Of a stretch of DNA of 18,389 nt, positions 1 to 8,468 are shown in pieces. This DNA comes from Candidatus Micrarchaeota archaeon (GTDB lineage: Archaea > Micrarchaeota > Micrarchaeia > Norongarragalinales > SBBD01): contig JBBSVW010000037.1 in the NCBI GenBank assembly GCA_038046605.1, positions 1-18,389 on the forward strand, read 5' to 3'. The notes beneath the pieces are model-generated. The model did not search any database and was not told the DNA's origin. It saw nothing but the letters and a program-made list of their open reading frames with translations. The translations under genes were made by a program, and so were the position numbers. Each line of letters begins with the position of its first letter. Position 1 is the stretch's first letter.

Positions 1-2
1 CA

Positions 3-3000
3 TTGATCGACACTGGCCTATATGCCCGAGTTGACGCCTATTATGACGAGCTTGGCCGCAATTACAAATCAGTCCAAGTTGATTTGTCAGATACATCGCC
101 GGGGCGGACGCTGAATAAGGATATTAAGGCCATTACCGAATTCGACAATGCCGGAAGGCCATACAAAGGCTACAAACCAGTCAAAATAAATGATGCACTC
201 TCGCTTTACACCCAAACCGCTTATCTGAACGACCCCTTAAGCCGCCCCTCGGTTATCACAAATCCCGACGGCACCACCATAGAATCCAAATTTGGGATTG
301 AACTGAACGCGGATCCCCAAATATTGGGCGAGCCATTTGCAAAAGTCAAGGATGAACGGGGCTACTGGAAAAAATCCATCTCCAACCAATGGGGCAGTAC
401 CGTGAATGTCAAGGAGGCTTCCACAGATTCCCCCGGAGATTCATACACAAACAACAATATTTTCACCTATGATGAAAAAGATAATCTCCAAACAATCACA
501 GATGCCGAATCGCACACGACCACCTACACTTACGATTCGCTTGGAAGGATCAAGGCATTCAATCATCCCGACATTGGAATTATCAACTACAAATACGATG
601 ATTTGGGCAATCTCATAGAAAAAGGGCCTGTTGAGATGCTTAAGAACGGTGATTTCGAAGGCGGAAGCAAGGATTGGGGATCGCAGGATTGGACCTCCGA
701 AACAGTAGGCTGCCGCACCGGCAACAGGTGCTTTAAGGCTACGCATGGCAACTGGGGGGCCAGCCAAAACGTAAAGCTTGAGCCCAACACCGTTTATACC
801 TTGAAGATATGGGAAAAGGATGCGAATTTCCTTTCCGGCCCCGCTTTTGCCCTGGTTGAAACGGCTTACAAATATCCCGACCCCAATGGCGCATCATCCT
901 CAACTAACAGCTGGATCGGATACCTTAGGAGCTATCTTGATACGCAATGCGTAAATGGCGCCCTGGAGAATGGCTGGCAGGAGCGCATTTGCACTTTCAA
1001 TCCAACCACAATAATTCAAGGTCTTTCAGCGCCTTTCAACACCCCGCTGTCGGATCCGGACGATCCGCGCCTAAATGTCAATATATATTTGCTGGTCGAT
1101 TCATCGTGCCCTGCTGGCCAGGAAGAAACATGCAAACGGGAATACAATCTGGTCGATGGCATTTCCCTTACCGGCTCCAGCATTAAATACGAATACGACG
1201 ATTTGAACCGGCTAACAAAAGTAAACTACCCCGGCGCCTGGGGCGATGTTACTTATTCATATGACATTCCTTGCGCCAACGGAAATGGCAGGATCTGCAG
1301 CGTTTCTGATGATTCGGGAACCACATTATTCGATTACGATTTAAGGGGAAGAGTAATTTCTGTTACAAAAACCTTAACCGACCAAATCAGTAGCGCGCCA
1401 GTTTCCTACTTGACTCAATACTCCTACACCGAAAATGATGCAATCAAGACAATAACCTATCCCGATTCGCAGGGGACCGTAACTTACAAATACAACAATT
1501 TCGGCCAAATTGCCGGCGTTGAGGACGGTTCAACAACCAAGCTCGCCTCATTCCAATACAACCCCGCCTCGACAATAGACACGATAAAATTCGGCACCGA
1601 TCTTAGTGGCAACAATCCTAAGGTCACAACCGAATATGAATATTGGAGCAGGGATAATTTGAAAAGCATCGATACATACCGCCTAGGCTCGCCTGCCAAC
1701 ACCCTATATCGCCGCTCCTACAAATATGACAATGGGTTAAATCTCCTCACCACCTGGGACGCCCTTGCCCCCGAAACCGGAACAAAGAAGTCTGAATACA
1801 CCTACGACAAGCTTAACCGGCTTGAGACCAACCCCATTTCCGAAACATCCAAGTCGTTTGCCTTCACCTATGATAAGGCTGGAAACCGGTTTAGCGAAAC
1901 AGTAACCGGCGCACAAAGCTATACGAAAACCTATGGCTATGATTACGCGACCGGTTCGCATTCGCAAAAACTCAATACAGTGCAGGTGAGCGCCGCCAGC
2001 ACGACCCAGTCCTCCTCCCTGAATTATGATGAGCATGGGAATCAAATCAAGAAATCCTGCGCTTCCAATGAAGCCGGCTGCATCTCCGCCTCCTTTGATT
2101 ATGACCCCGAAAACCGGCTCACATACGCCTACATTCCGGGAACCAAGCTTACGGAAATCTACACTTACGATTACACCGGCCTTAGGGTAAGGAAGGAAAT
2201 TCGGGATTCGAAAGGGACAACGGCGCAAGTCCTCCATTACATATATGACTCCCTTGGCAACGTCATCCTTGAAAATGATTTCAAAGGCTGCAGCTGCCCC
2301 AATGCCGGCGACCCGAATGGCGATGGCATAATAGCCGATATATTGGATGCTGTCAGCGTAGTGAATGTGGCGTTCAGGGGCGTTGCTGCAAAATTTGACC
2401 CCTACTGCCCATATGGCCGCGAGGACGTTGATGCAAGCGGCGCCGTCGACGTACTTGACGTCGTGAAGACCGTTAATGTGGCATTCAGGAACTTCGCATC
2501 CGGTTCCCAATTCAATTTCAATCCATGCTCAACCACAATGGGCGCAAGTTCAATATCCAATGGCAACGGAGCGCTTTCAATGTCGGTTGCATCCGCACCA
2601 CAAACAACATCCGCAACGCTGCCGGTAACCTACTCCTCAACGGAAGATGTCTACGGCTTGCAGTTTGCCATCACATTTGACAAGGCAAAATATGCGATCA
2701 CTCCCGGCCTATCGTCCAAATTTTCGGCACTGACGCTGGTATCGAGCGATCAACCATACGGAAAGCTTATTGGAATTTACAGCCGGGATGCAATGATTCC
2801 GGCCGGTTCCGATGCGCTCCTAATTCTCAATGTTCAGGCGCTAACAGGAACAGTTGATCCAACTGAACTCGCAATTGAGCAGCAGGTGCTTGCAAATTCG
2901 CTTGGGCAATTGATTCCAATTGCAAATGCGCTGGGGCCAACAGGGCCAACCCCAACTCCGCAACCCTCCCAAACCCCCACTCCAACGCCAACTGCAACCC

Positions 3001-3146
3001 CTATTCCTACGCCAACGCCCACTCCGACGGTTTCCTCCACACCCACCCCTACAGCGACCTTTGCGCCCTCACCAATGCCCTCAATCAGTGTTACACCAAC
3101 ACCTTCGCCCACCAAAAAGCCCAAGTCGGTGGCCGGTATTAATTAA
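3..3146 (+). CDS. Rhs/YD-repeat protein (probably 5' partial) with inserted CBM-like domain, dockerin, cohesin-like domain and Pro/Thr linker; lacks the Rhs core
   Basis: Many YD repeats (TYTYDSLGRI, YEYDDLNRL, YTYDKLNRL, FDYDPENRL). An LKNGDFE...QNVKLEPNTVYTLKIW CBM4/9-like insert lies at ~624-1175, a duplicated dockerin motif GDPNGDG.ADILD / DVDASGAVDVLD at ~2290-2490, a YGLQFAITFD cohesin-like strand after that, and PT repeats at the end. The frame is open from the window edge. Confidence 0.9.
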   Translation: MIDTGLYARVDAYYDELGRNYKSVQVDLSDTSPGRTLNKDIKAITEFDNAGRPYKGYKPVKINDALSLYTQTAYLNDPLSRPSVITNPDGTTIESKFGIELNADPQILGEPFAKVKDERGYWKKSISNQWGSTVNVKEASTDSPGDSYTNNNIFTYDEKDNLQTITDAESHTTTYTYDSLGRIKAFNHPDIGIINYKYDDLGNLIEKGPVEMLKNGDFEGGSKDWGSQDWTSETVGCRTGNRCFKATHGNWGASQNVKLEPNTVYTLKIWEKDANFLSGPAFALVETAYKYPDPNGASSSTNSWIGYLRSYLDTQCVNGALENGWQERICTFNPTTIIQGLSAPFNTPLSDPDDPRLNVNIYLLVDSSCPAGQEETCKREYNLVDGISLTGSSIKYEYDDLNRLTKVNYPGAWGDVTYSYDIPCANGNGRICSVSDDSGTTLFDYDLRGRVISVTKTLTDQISSAPVSYLTQYSYTENDAIKTITYPDSQGTVTYKYNNFGQIAGVEDGSTTKLASFQYNPASTIDTIKFGTDLSGNNPKVTTEYEYWSRDNLKSIDTYRLGSPANTLYRRSYKYDNGLNLLTTWDALAPETGTKKSEYTYDKLNRLETNPISETSKSFAFTYDKAGNRFSETVTGAQSYTKTYGYDYATGSHSQKLNTVQVSAASTTQSSSLNYDEHGNQIKKSCASNEAGCISASFDYDPENRLTYAYIPGTKLTEIYTYDYTGLRVRKEIRDSKGTTAQVLHYIYDSLGNVILENDFKGCSCPNAGDPNGDGIIADILDAVSVVNVAFRGVAAKFDPYCPYGREDVDASGAVDVLDVVKTVNVAFRNFASGSQFNFNPCSTTMGASSISNGNGALSMSVASAPQTTSATLPVTYSSTEDVYGLQFAITFDKAKYAITPGLSSKFSALTLVSSDQPYGKLIGIYSRDAMIPAGSDALLILNVQALTGTVDPTELAIEQQVLANSLGQLIPIANALGPTGPTPTPQPSQTPTPTPTATPIPTPTPTPTVSSTPTPTATFAPSPMPSISVTPTPSPTKKPKSVAGIN
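2934..3113 (+). repeat. Low-complexity Pro/Thr linker coding repeat
   Basis: Encodes GPTGPTPTPQPSQTPTPTPTATPIPTPTPTPT... Confidence 0.85.
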
Positions 3147-3178
3147 CGGCTTCCGTTTTATTTCCGCAAGCGGTTTTC

Positions 3179-4624
3179 ATGAAGAAGAAGAAGAAGTGGT
3201 CCCTAAAGGATACGAAAATAGTATTTTCCATCATTTTTTTGATCATTGCGCTTTCCATCGCTTTTTATGCCGGAAAGCTTCCGATCGGGAGGGCTTTTGG
3301 GATTTTTGTAGGCATCCCCATTGCGGAAACCATCAATGAGGCCGGTTCCGCAGGCACATCCATAGCCGCTCCTTCCCAAACTCCAACCTATGCAGCAACC
3401 GACCAACCTCAACCCCAACAAATCTTTTCAACAACCAGCACTGCAATTTCCTCCACGCCAGATTTAAGCTCTTTCACCAAAACCTCCAAAGCCAATATCT
3501 TTGCCGGCTCAAGGCAGATCGCGGAAAAAACCAAAATCGGCCCGCAACCAACCATTTTGAAATATGCGCACAGGGATAATTTGGGCAGCATTGCAGCCTA
3601 CACGGATGAAGCCGGGATCCTTTCAGGAAATATGATTTCCTTCGATTCATTTGGCCAATCCGATGAACCCTCCTCCAAATTCACAGGTAAAATCCGCGAT
3701 GGCACCGGCCTGTATTATTTTGGCGCAAGGTTCTATGACCCCCAAATTGGAAGGTTTTCCTCTGCAGATTCAATGGCTGGCAATGCAATAAGGCCGCAAT
3801 CCCTCAATAGGTTTACCTACACATTGAACAACCCGCTGAAATACGTTGATCCTTCCGGGCGCAGTGAACGAATCCCTTTTGGGGCAATGGAAGGCGATTT
3901 GCCCACAAATTCCCCCCTACGGAATCAGGTTTTAGGCGGAACTCCAGGCACAGTCAATTCCCCATGGGTTGCCCTGGCTGGCGCAATTCACGGCATTACG
4001 ATGCCAATAAGTTTGGCTAGGGGTACCTTAGGCCCCTCATCGCTGGCTGAAGAGGAAGACTCCGAATCATTTGCAGGCGGTGCAATCCTTGGCGTCTTTG
4101 CAACAGGAGCAGCCATGCGCATGGGTTTGAAAATGATCCCAAAATCATTGAATGCGCTTTTGGAAGGAGCAAAGCCTTTGGCGGAGCAAGGGTTGCAGGG
4201 AACCGTTTACCTAAAAAATGGCGAAATTATCAAAGTCAGGCAAGGCAGCGGCGCGCTCACCGAAGCGCAATACCAGGCAGCGGCAGCGCAGGTAGGTGCC
4301 GCTCCGCAGGTCCTTGAAGCAGGAGCCACCCAAGGAGGAAGTTACCTTCGGATGCCTTACGAAGGCAATTCGTGGCTTGGCCATTGGAGGCCCCTAACTC
4401 AGGATGAATTTGCCGACGCTACAAATAAACTTGGTGCACTGTACCGTGCAGGCATCAGCCATGGCGACGTTAGCCCACAAAATATGATTATCACCCCTAG
4501 TGGGAGGATAAAATATATAGATTTTGGGTTTTCAAAAGGAGCGTCGCTGGAATCATATGGGGATGATCTAAGGGAGTTGGAATTCTGGCAAGGGCATATG
4601 GAAAAATACGGGCATAATAAATGA
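3179..4624 (+). CDS. Membrane-anchored Rhs-associated core protein with C-terminal protein-kinase-like toxin domain
   Basis: Basic N-terminus plus hydrophobic helix and S/T-rich linker, then YAHRDNLGS, FTGK..DGTGLYYFGARFYDPQIGRF, and NNPLKYVDPSG (ends 3859). The C-terminus has kinase motifs G.QGTVY..K, HGDVSPQN and IDFG. Confidence 0.9.
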   Translation: MKKKKKWSLKDTKIVFSIIFLIIALSIAFYAGKLPIGRAFGIFVGIPIAETINEAGSAGTSIAAPSQTPTYAATDQPQPQQIFSTTSTAISSTPDLSSFTKTSKANIFAGSRQIAEKTKIGPQPTILKYAHRDNLGSIAAYTDEAGILSGNMISFDSFGQSDEPSSKFTGKIRDGTGLYYFGARFYDPQIGRFSSADSMAGNAIRPQSLNRFTYTLNNPLKYVDPSGRSERIPFGAMEGDLPTNSPLRNQVLGGTPGTVNSPWVALAGAIHGITMPISLARGTLGPSSLAEEEDSESFAGGAILGVFATGAAMRMGLKMIPKSLNALLEGAKPLAEQGLQGTVYLKNGEIIKVRQGSGALTEAQYQAAAAQVGAAPQVLEAGATQGGSYLRMPYEGNSWLGHWRPLTQDEFADATNKLGALYRAGISHGDVSPQNMIITPSGRIKYIDFGFSKGASLESYGDDLRELEFWQGHMEKYGHNK

Positions 4625-4679
4625 AAAAAGCAAATTAATACAGTAAAACTTTTACCTCCAACAGGGGGCGGGGATCCTT

Positions 4680-5225
4680 ATGGGGATTTTTCAAGAAAAA
4701 TTAGCTGGAATAAAAAAGGAACTCCCTTTGTGGCGAAGCAAGCCCGCTTTGGACTTTCTTGCAGCAAGGGCGGCTCTTCCGCCGGAACGTAGAAATCATG
4801 AATACAGGCAATGGGCAATAGAAATGCTAAATGTCACTCCCGAAACCCGGGGCGCTATAACCGGAATCGCAAGTCGGATCCATGAATTTGAAAGATTATA
4901 TTCAGCAGCAGATAAGCGGCATCCAATCAGCGTAAAAGATATTGTCGAGGCATATGGCTTTGTGATTCAGTCGCTTAACAAGCACAGACACCTATCAACG
5001 AGCGATAATTTACGCGAAGAGCATGCAAAACTTTTTGCAGGAATAAGAAAAAATGCAGAACCTTATGCTCAAATTCTAATAAGGGATCCCAATGCCGTTG
5101 TCGCTTTAGGCAATCCGGAAGATTTGAAGCATTTCGTAAATATCGGGAACGAATCAATTATTCTAACCTTAGGCAAAAAAGGCAAAATATGGCGCCGTTT
5201 GATGGGGCATTTGCATTCCAAATAA
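4680..5225 (+). CDS. Hypothetical protein, candidate immunity protein
   Basis: 181-aa ORF directly downstream of and co-oriented with the Rhs toxin, with a G-rich RBS-like stretch. The immunity role is inferred from position only. Confidence 0.6.
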   Translation: MGIFQEKLAGIKKELPLWRSKPALDFLAARAALPPERRNHEYRQWAIEMLNVTPETRGAITGIASRIHEFERLYSAADKRHPISVKDIVEAYGFVIQSLNKHRHLSTSDNLREEHAKLFAGIRKNAEPYAQILIRDPNAVVALGNPEDLKHFVNIGNESIILTLGKKGKIWRRLMGHLHSK

Positions 5226-5241
5226 ACCGGCAATTCCGTTT

Positions 5242-5586
5242 CTATTCGCCTTTGTGCCTAACTGGCTTTCCCCTTGGGGGCGCAAAATCAGACCTTTGCA
5301 AATTCCGAACAAAAGCCTCCGCCCGAACAAGGCCCTTGCCCATTCCGCTTATCTCCGGATTTTTTATCCTATCGAAGCATCTATGTATTTCCCTTAAGGC
5401 ACTTTCCAGTTCCCCCCGGTTTTTGATGCCATGCATGCCCAGGGGCACGCGCTTCCTGGCTTCATCACTAACCCCCGGATGCGTATGGAGCATATCGATC
5501 ATGTTCTCTATTGCCATTTTATGGATTGCGGGCAAATGTGAATGCCAATTTGGCGGAAACGGCCTATCCCTTGGAACCATGTTCAT
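5242..5586 (-). CDS. Hypothetical protein
   Basis: 114-aa ORF with GGTGA just upstream; the true start may be the ATG at 5580. Confidence 0.6.
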   Translation of the reverse strand: MNMVPRDRPFPPNWHSHLPAIHKMAIENMIDMLHTHPGVSDEARKRVPLGMHGIKNRGELESALREIHRCFDRIKNPEISGMGKGLVRAEAFVRNLQRSDFAPPRGKPVRHKGE

Positions 5587-5616
5587 TTCACCATTTTATT
5601 GCAGTAATGCGATTTT

Positions 5617-6336
5617 TTAATCCCCTAATAATTTTTTCAAAAAAACCGCATCCATCTCGCATCTCCCAAATTCCTTTCCATTAAAAATATGCTTGTACGA
5701 ATCCAAAGTCAAGCTTAGCATTTCAAACCCCGCCTCCTTAAAACCCTTTTTCACCTCCTCTTCAGTAAAATAATGCACCCAGACATTCGTTCCCTTCCGG
5801 AAGGTGTTGCTTTCCACTTCAATTCCCTTCCCGAAACGATAATCTGTAATGTGGAACTCCCGGAAATAGCATTTCCCTCCCTTTTTGAGCACCCGGAATG
5901 CCTCCTTTATCGCCAATTCCCTCTCCTTTTCGCTCAAATGCCCCAGAATATGGAATAGGAAAACCACATCAAAGAAATTATCCTCAAAATGAAGCTGCGT
6001 AGCGTCACCAATAGTCAAGATCGCCCCCTCTCCACTTAATTCAGCCCTCTCCTTTGCTAATTTGATAGCACTTGGTGAAATATCAACTCCATACACATCA
6101 AAGCCCTTATCAAGCAGCGCACTTAAGTGCTTTCCATTCCCGCAACCAACTTCCAGCACTCTGCTGCCTTTTTTTGCCTCAAATTGGAAATTAGTTGTTC
6201 CCCTCCATCTCCCTCTCCCAGTCCGGTACTCCTTTTCCCAGGCGTAGAGATGCGGCTTTGCAAGTGCGGATCCTTCCAGCCCCGCTGCCTGCATTGATGC
6301 GCCCTGCGGCTTTCGTTTTGATCTCAAAAACACCAT
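5617..6336 (-). CDS. Class I SAM-dependent methyltransferase (Methyltransf_11/UbiE-like)
   Basis: Motifs VLEVGCGNG, GVDIS, GDATQLHFEDNFFDVV and AFRVLKKGG. Confidence 0.93.
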   Translation of the reverse strand: MVFLRSKRKPQGASMQAAGLEGSALAKPHLYAWEKEYRTGRGRWRGTTNFQFEAKKGSRVLEVGCGNGKHLSALLDKGFDVYGVDISPSAIKLAKERAELSGEGAILTIGDATQLHFEDNFFDVVFLFHILGHLSEKERELAIKEAFRVLKKGGKCYFREFHITDYRFGKGIEVESNTFRKGTNVWVHYFTEEEVKKGFKEAGFEMLSLTLDSYKHIFNGKEFGRCEMDAVFLKKLLGD

Positions 6337-6389
6337 GGGTTCACCGGCTTGGAATAGCTATAATCAACTTATTTTCTACTATTAATCAA

Positions 6390-6403
6390 CCGAAGTTATA
6401 TAT
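6390..6403 (+). promoter_or_regulatory. Putative BRE/TATA promoter for the 6427 operon
   Basis: CCGAAG-TTATATAT ends ~24 nt upstream of ATG 6427, consistent with a leaderless transcript. Confidence 0.6.
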
Positions 6404-6426
6404 CCGGGTTGCGCCAATAAGGCCGC

Positions 6427-6666
6427 ATGCAAATTCAATTTTCAAGGCACCTAATTCAGAAGTTGGAATTTTCCCGCAGGAATATTACCGGAAACATGGT
6501 TCTCGAAACAATTGAATATTATGATTTAATCAAGCCCGCCGGATCAGCTAACCGCTTGCTCTACCTTAAATACTATGAAAAATTAGATAAGTTTTTATTG
6601 GTCGTCGTTGAAAACAATATGTGCGCAATCACGGCTTATCTCATAAGCAAAGGTCGAGTATTATGA
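6427..6666 (+). CDS. DUF4258-like putative toxin (RelE/BrnT-like fold)
   Basis: I.FSRH...K...R.I at the N-terminus and LLVVVE....ITAY at the C-terminus; ATGA-coupled to a DUF2283 gene, a known pairing. Confidence 0.7.
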   Translation: MQIQFSRHLIQKLEFSRRNITGNMVLETIEYYDLIKPAGSANRLLYLKYYEKLDKFLLVVVENNMCAITAYLISKGRVL

Positions 6667-6923
6667 AAGGAATGCGGTATTTTCCAGGGGATGATGTGCT
6701 TTACATCAAGGTCAAAAACGGCAAATATAGCGAGAGCAACCCCATTTCTGAAAACCTCATTCTCGACATAGATAAGGATGGAAACACCCTAGGTATCGAA
6801 ATTCTCCATGCTTCAAAAGAACTAGCCAAAGCGAAGTTGCCAGTCAAAACAGCAGCCAAAAAGAAGGGGTTTGGAATGTTTCCAGATGTCCCTAAATTTA
6901 CTCATGATCCAGATATGTTTTGA
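6663..6923 (+). CDS. DUF2283 family protein (putative antitoxin)
   Basis: Y...DDVLYI...ES..ISENLILDIDKDG..LGIEIL signature; ATG 6663 overlaps the upstream TGA. Confidence 0.85.
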   Translation: MKGMRYFPGDDVLYIKVKNGKYSESNPISENLILDIDKDGNTLGIEILHASKELAKAKLPVKTAAKKKGFGMFPDVPKFTHDPDMF

Positions 6924-6945
6924 TTTTGCTACGGGATGATGATCT

Positions 6946-7116
6946 ATGGTCGGGCTGAAAAGAAAGAAAATATTATCTAAAAGACTAACTCCCGTTGAAC
7001 AAAAGCTGCTCGATAAATTTAGGAGAATTGCCGATGAAAAAGGAATTACAGATCAGAAATTAATCGAGATTTGCAGGGAAGTCGGAAGGCAAGTCTATCA
7101 GGAAGAATACGGATAA
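6946..7116 (+). CDS. 56-aa protein resembling a VapB-type antitoxin C-terminal region (not in ORF track)
   Basis: Manual translation MVGLKRKKILSKRLTPVEQKLLDKFRRIADEKGITDQKLIEICREVGRQVYQEEYG, with a GATGA RBS upstream. Confidence 0.6.
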   Translation: MVGLKRKKILSKRLTPVEQKLLDKFRRIADEKGITDQKLIEICREVGRQVYQEEYG

Positions 7117-7129
7117 GGCTGTGAAAATA

Positions 7130-7234
7130 ATGCAAACAAAGATTTCATCAGTTTTGGAAGAGATAGTTGGGATCCTGCCAAAGGGTGCGCCACTCTTTGT
7201 TCGGGATAAGCGCGATTTTGATAGAAATATTTAA
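7130..7234 (+). CDS. 34-aa micro-ORF, antitoxin-tail-like (not in ORF track)
   Basis: Manual translation MQTKISSVLEEIVGILPKGAPLFVRDKRDFDRNI, with GTGA upstream; co-oriented with the preceding operon. Confidence 0.4.
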   Translation: MQTKISSVLEEIVGILPKGAPLFVRDKRDFDRNI

Positions 7235-7296
7235 GGATAAATAATCTATTTTGATATAAAATAGCTAAATTTTTCTCCTTAGCCTCACGTCGTCCC

Positions 7297-7527
7297 CTAA
7301 AGTTTGCCAAAACAATTGTCGCATAAACCCGCATGCCAATCCTTGTTATGGGCAGATATAGTAGCGGCGCAATTTTTGCAGAAGTAATTCATATCCTCGT
7401 CATGCCCCTTATGGAAAGTCTTTAGCCTCAGTTTCAAGTCCTTGTCTCCCAGCGTTTCGGAAAAATCTTTTTCAGCCCATATGCTTTTTTCGCCGGTTTG
7501 TACTTTGGCCGATTTCCCCTTTTTCAT
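7297..7527 (-). CDS. Small putative zinc-binding protein
   Basis: CKNC...H...H..LCDNC motif; GGAGTGA RBS before ATG 7527. Confidence 0.7.
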   Translation of the reverse strand: MKKGKSAKVQTGEKSIWAEKDFSETLGDKDLKLRLKTFHKGHDEDMNYFCKNCAATISAHNKDWHAGLCDNCFGKL

Positions 7528-7679
7528 TAAAATCACTCCATTTCCTCAAGAACTTCATTTTTCCTTCTTTTTTCCGGTTTCCTTGGTGAGGATTGGAATG
7601 CTACCACATCCACCTTAATTCCATTAAGGAAACATTAATATTAAACAATATGGATAGGCTATATGCAAAAGGTTATCCC

Positions 7680-7889
7680 ATGACTAAAAAAGATGCTGAT
7701 TTTGAATTCTACCTGAAAACAGACCTCAGTAAATACGAAGGGCAATACGTCGCAATTGCAGGGGGTAGGGTAATTGCACATGGGGATAATGCATCGGAGG
7801 TAATGAATAGGGCCAGCCGGCTGCACCCCAACCTAATACCGACCCTTGCTAAACTCCCAAAGGATGAAATTTTCATCTATTTGAACTGA
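7680..7889 (+). CDS. DUF5678 family protein
   Basis: LSKYEGQYVAIAGGRVIAHG.NASEV...A...HP pattern; likely start is ATG 7680. Confidence 0.8.
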   Translation: MTKKDADFEFYLKTDLSKYEGQYVAIAGGRVIAHGDNASEVMNRASRLHPNLIPTLAKLPKDEIFIYLN

Positions 7890-7948
7890 AAAGCGTTAAA
7901 TGAAAGGTATAAAATCATCCCTTGCGGAATATGATGAATGGTGGTAAT

Positions 7949-8179
7949 ATGTCTCAAAAACTCTCGGCTATAATCACGAAGGGCGAAATCGCCTATGTTG
8001 CCCTATGCCCGGAATTAGACGTTGTCAGCCAGGGTAAAAACAGGGCCGATGCGCTTGCAAACTTAAAGGAAGCCGTCGAATTATACCTGGAAGATGAAGA
8101 TGTCCAAAAAATGCTTGCAAAAAATCCTATACGGAAGGCCGTGGTGGCAGAAATATCAGTTAAACGCAAGCTGAGTTGA
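7949..8179 (+). CDS. hicB: HicB-family antitoxin (short form)
   Basis: YVALCPELDVVSQGK...ALANLKEAVELYLE; GGTGG RBS before ATG 7949. Confidence 0.92.
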   Translation: MSQKLSAIITKGEIAYVALCPELDVVSQGKNRADALANLKEAVELYLEDEDVQKMLAKNPIRKAVVAEISVKRKLS

Positions 8180-8183
8180 TTTC

Positions 8184-8417
8184 GTGCCAAAATTGCCTAT
8201 AATTTCAGGCGTTGAACTGATTAAGGCTCTTTCAAAAATCGGTTTTGCGCAAGTCCGGCAAAAAGGGAGCCATGTGACTGTAAAGAAGCATGCTGAAGGT
8301 AAACTCCTTATTGCTACAATTCCATTGCATCCGGCCCTCGATACCGGCACCCTGCTCGGCATATTGCGCAAACTTCAAATATCAAGGGAAGATTTCCTGA
8401 AACTTTTGGCAAAATGA
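8184..8417 (+). CDS. hicA: HicA-family toxin
   Basis: MPKLP.ISG.ELIKAL.K.GF...RQKGSHV...IPLH..L..GTL..IL. Confidence 0.93.
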   Translation: MPKLPIISGVELIKALSKIGFAQVRQKGSHVTVKKHAEGKLLIATIPLHPALDTGTLLGILRKLQISREDFLKLLAK

Positions 8418-8468
8418 TGGGTTCATGCTCTCCCCTAAACTTCATTTTTTCCCTGCTTACCGAACAAT

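Noticed and set aside
1737-2510. 257-aa minus-strand ORF and other ORFs nested in the Rhs genes
   Set aside because: These are antisense or alternate-frame shadows of a clearly coding gene.
3100-3200. Simple frameshift pseudogene joining the two Rhs ORFs
   Set aside because: Gene 2 has its own coherent basic-plus-TM N-terminus and gene 1 a coherent C-terminal tail, and there is no obvious slippery site. It cannot be fully excluded without reads.
6339-6356. Possible junction site gttcaccggcttggaata
   Set aside because: The spacing and right arm do not match, and the A-run/RBS flank is absent.
7098-7334. 78-aa minus-strand ORF
   Set aside because: It overlaps better-supported ORFs and has no RBS or motif.
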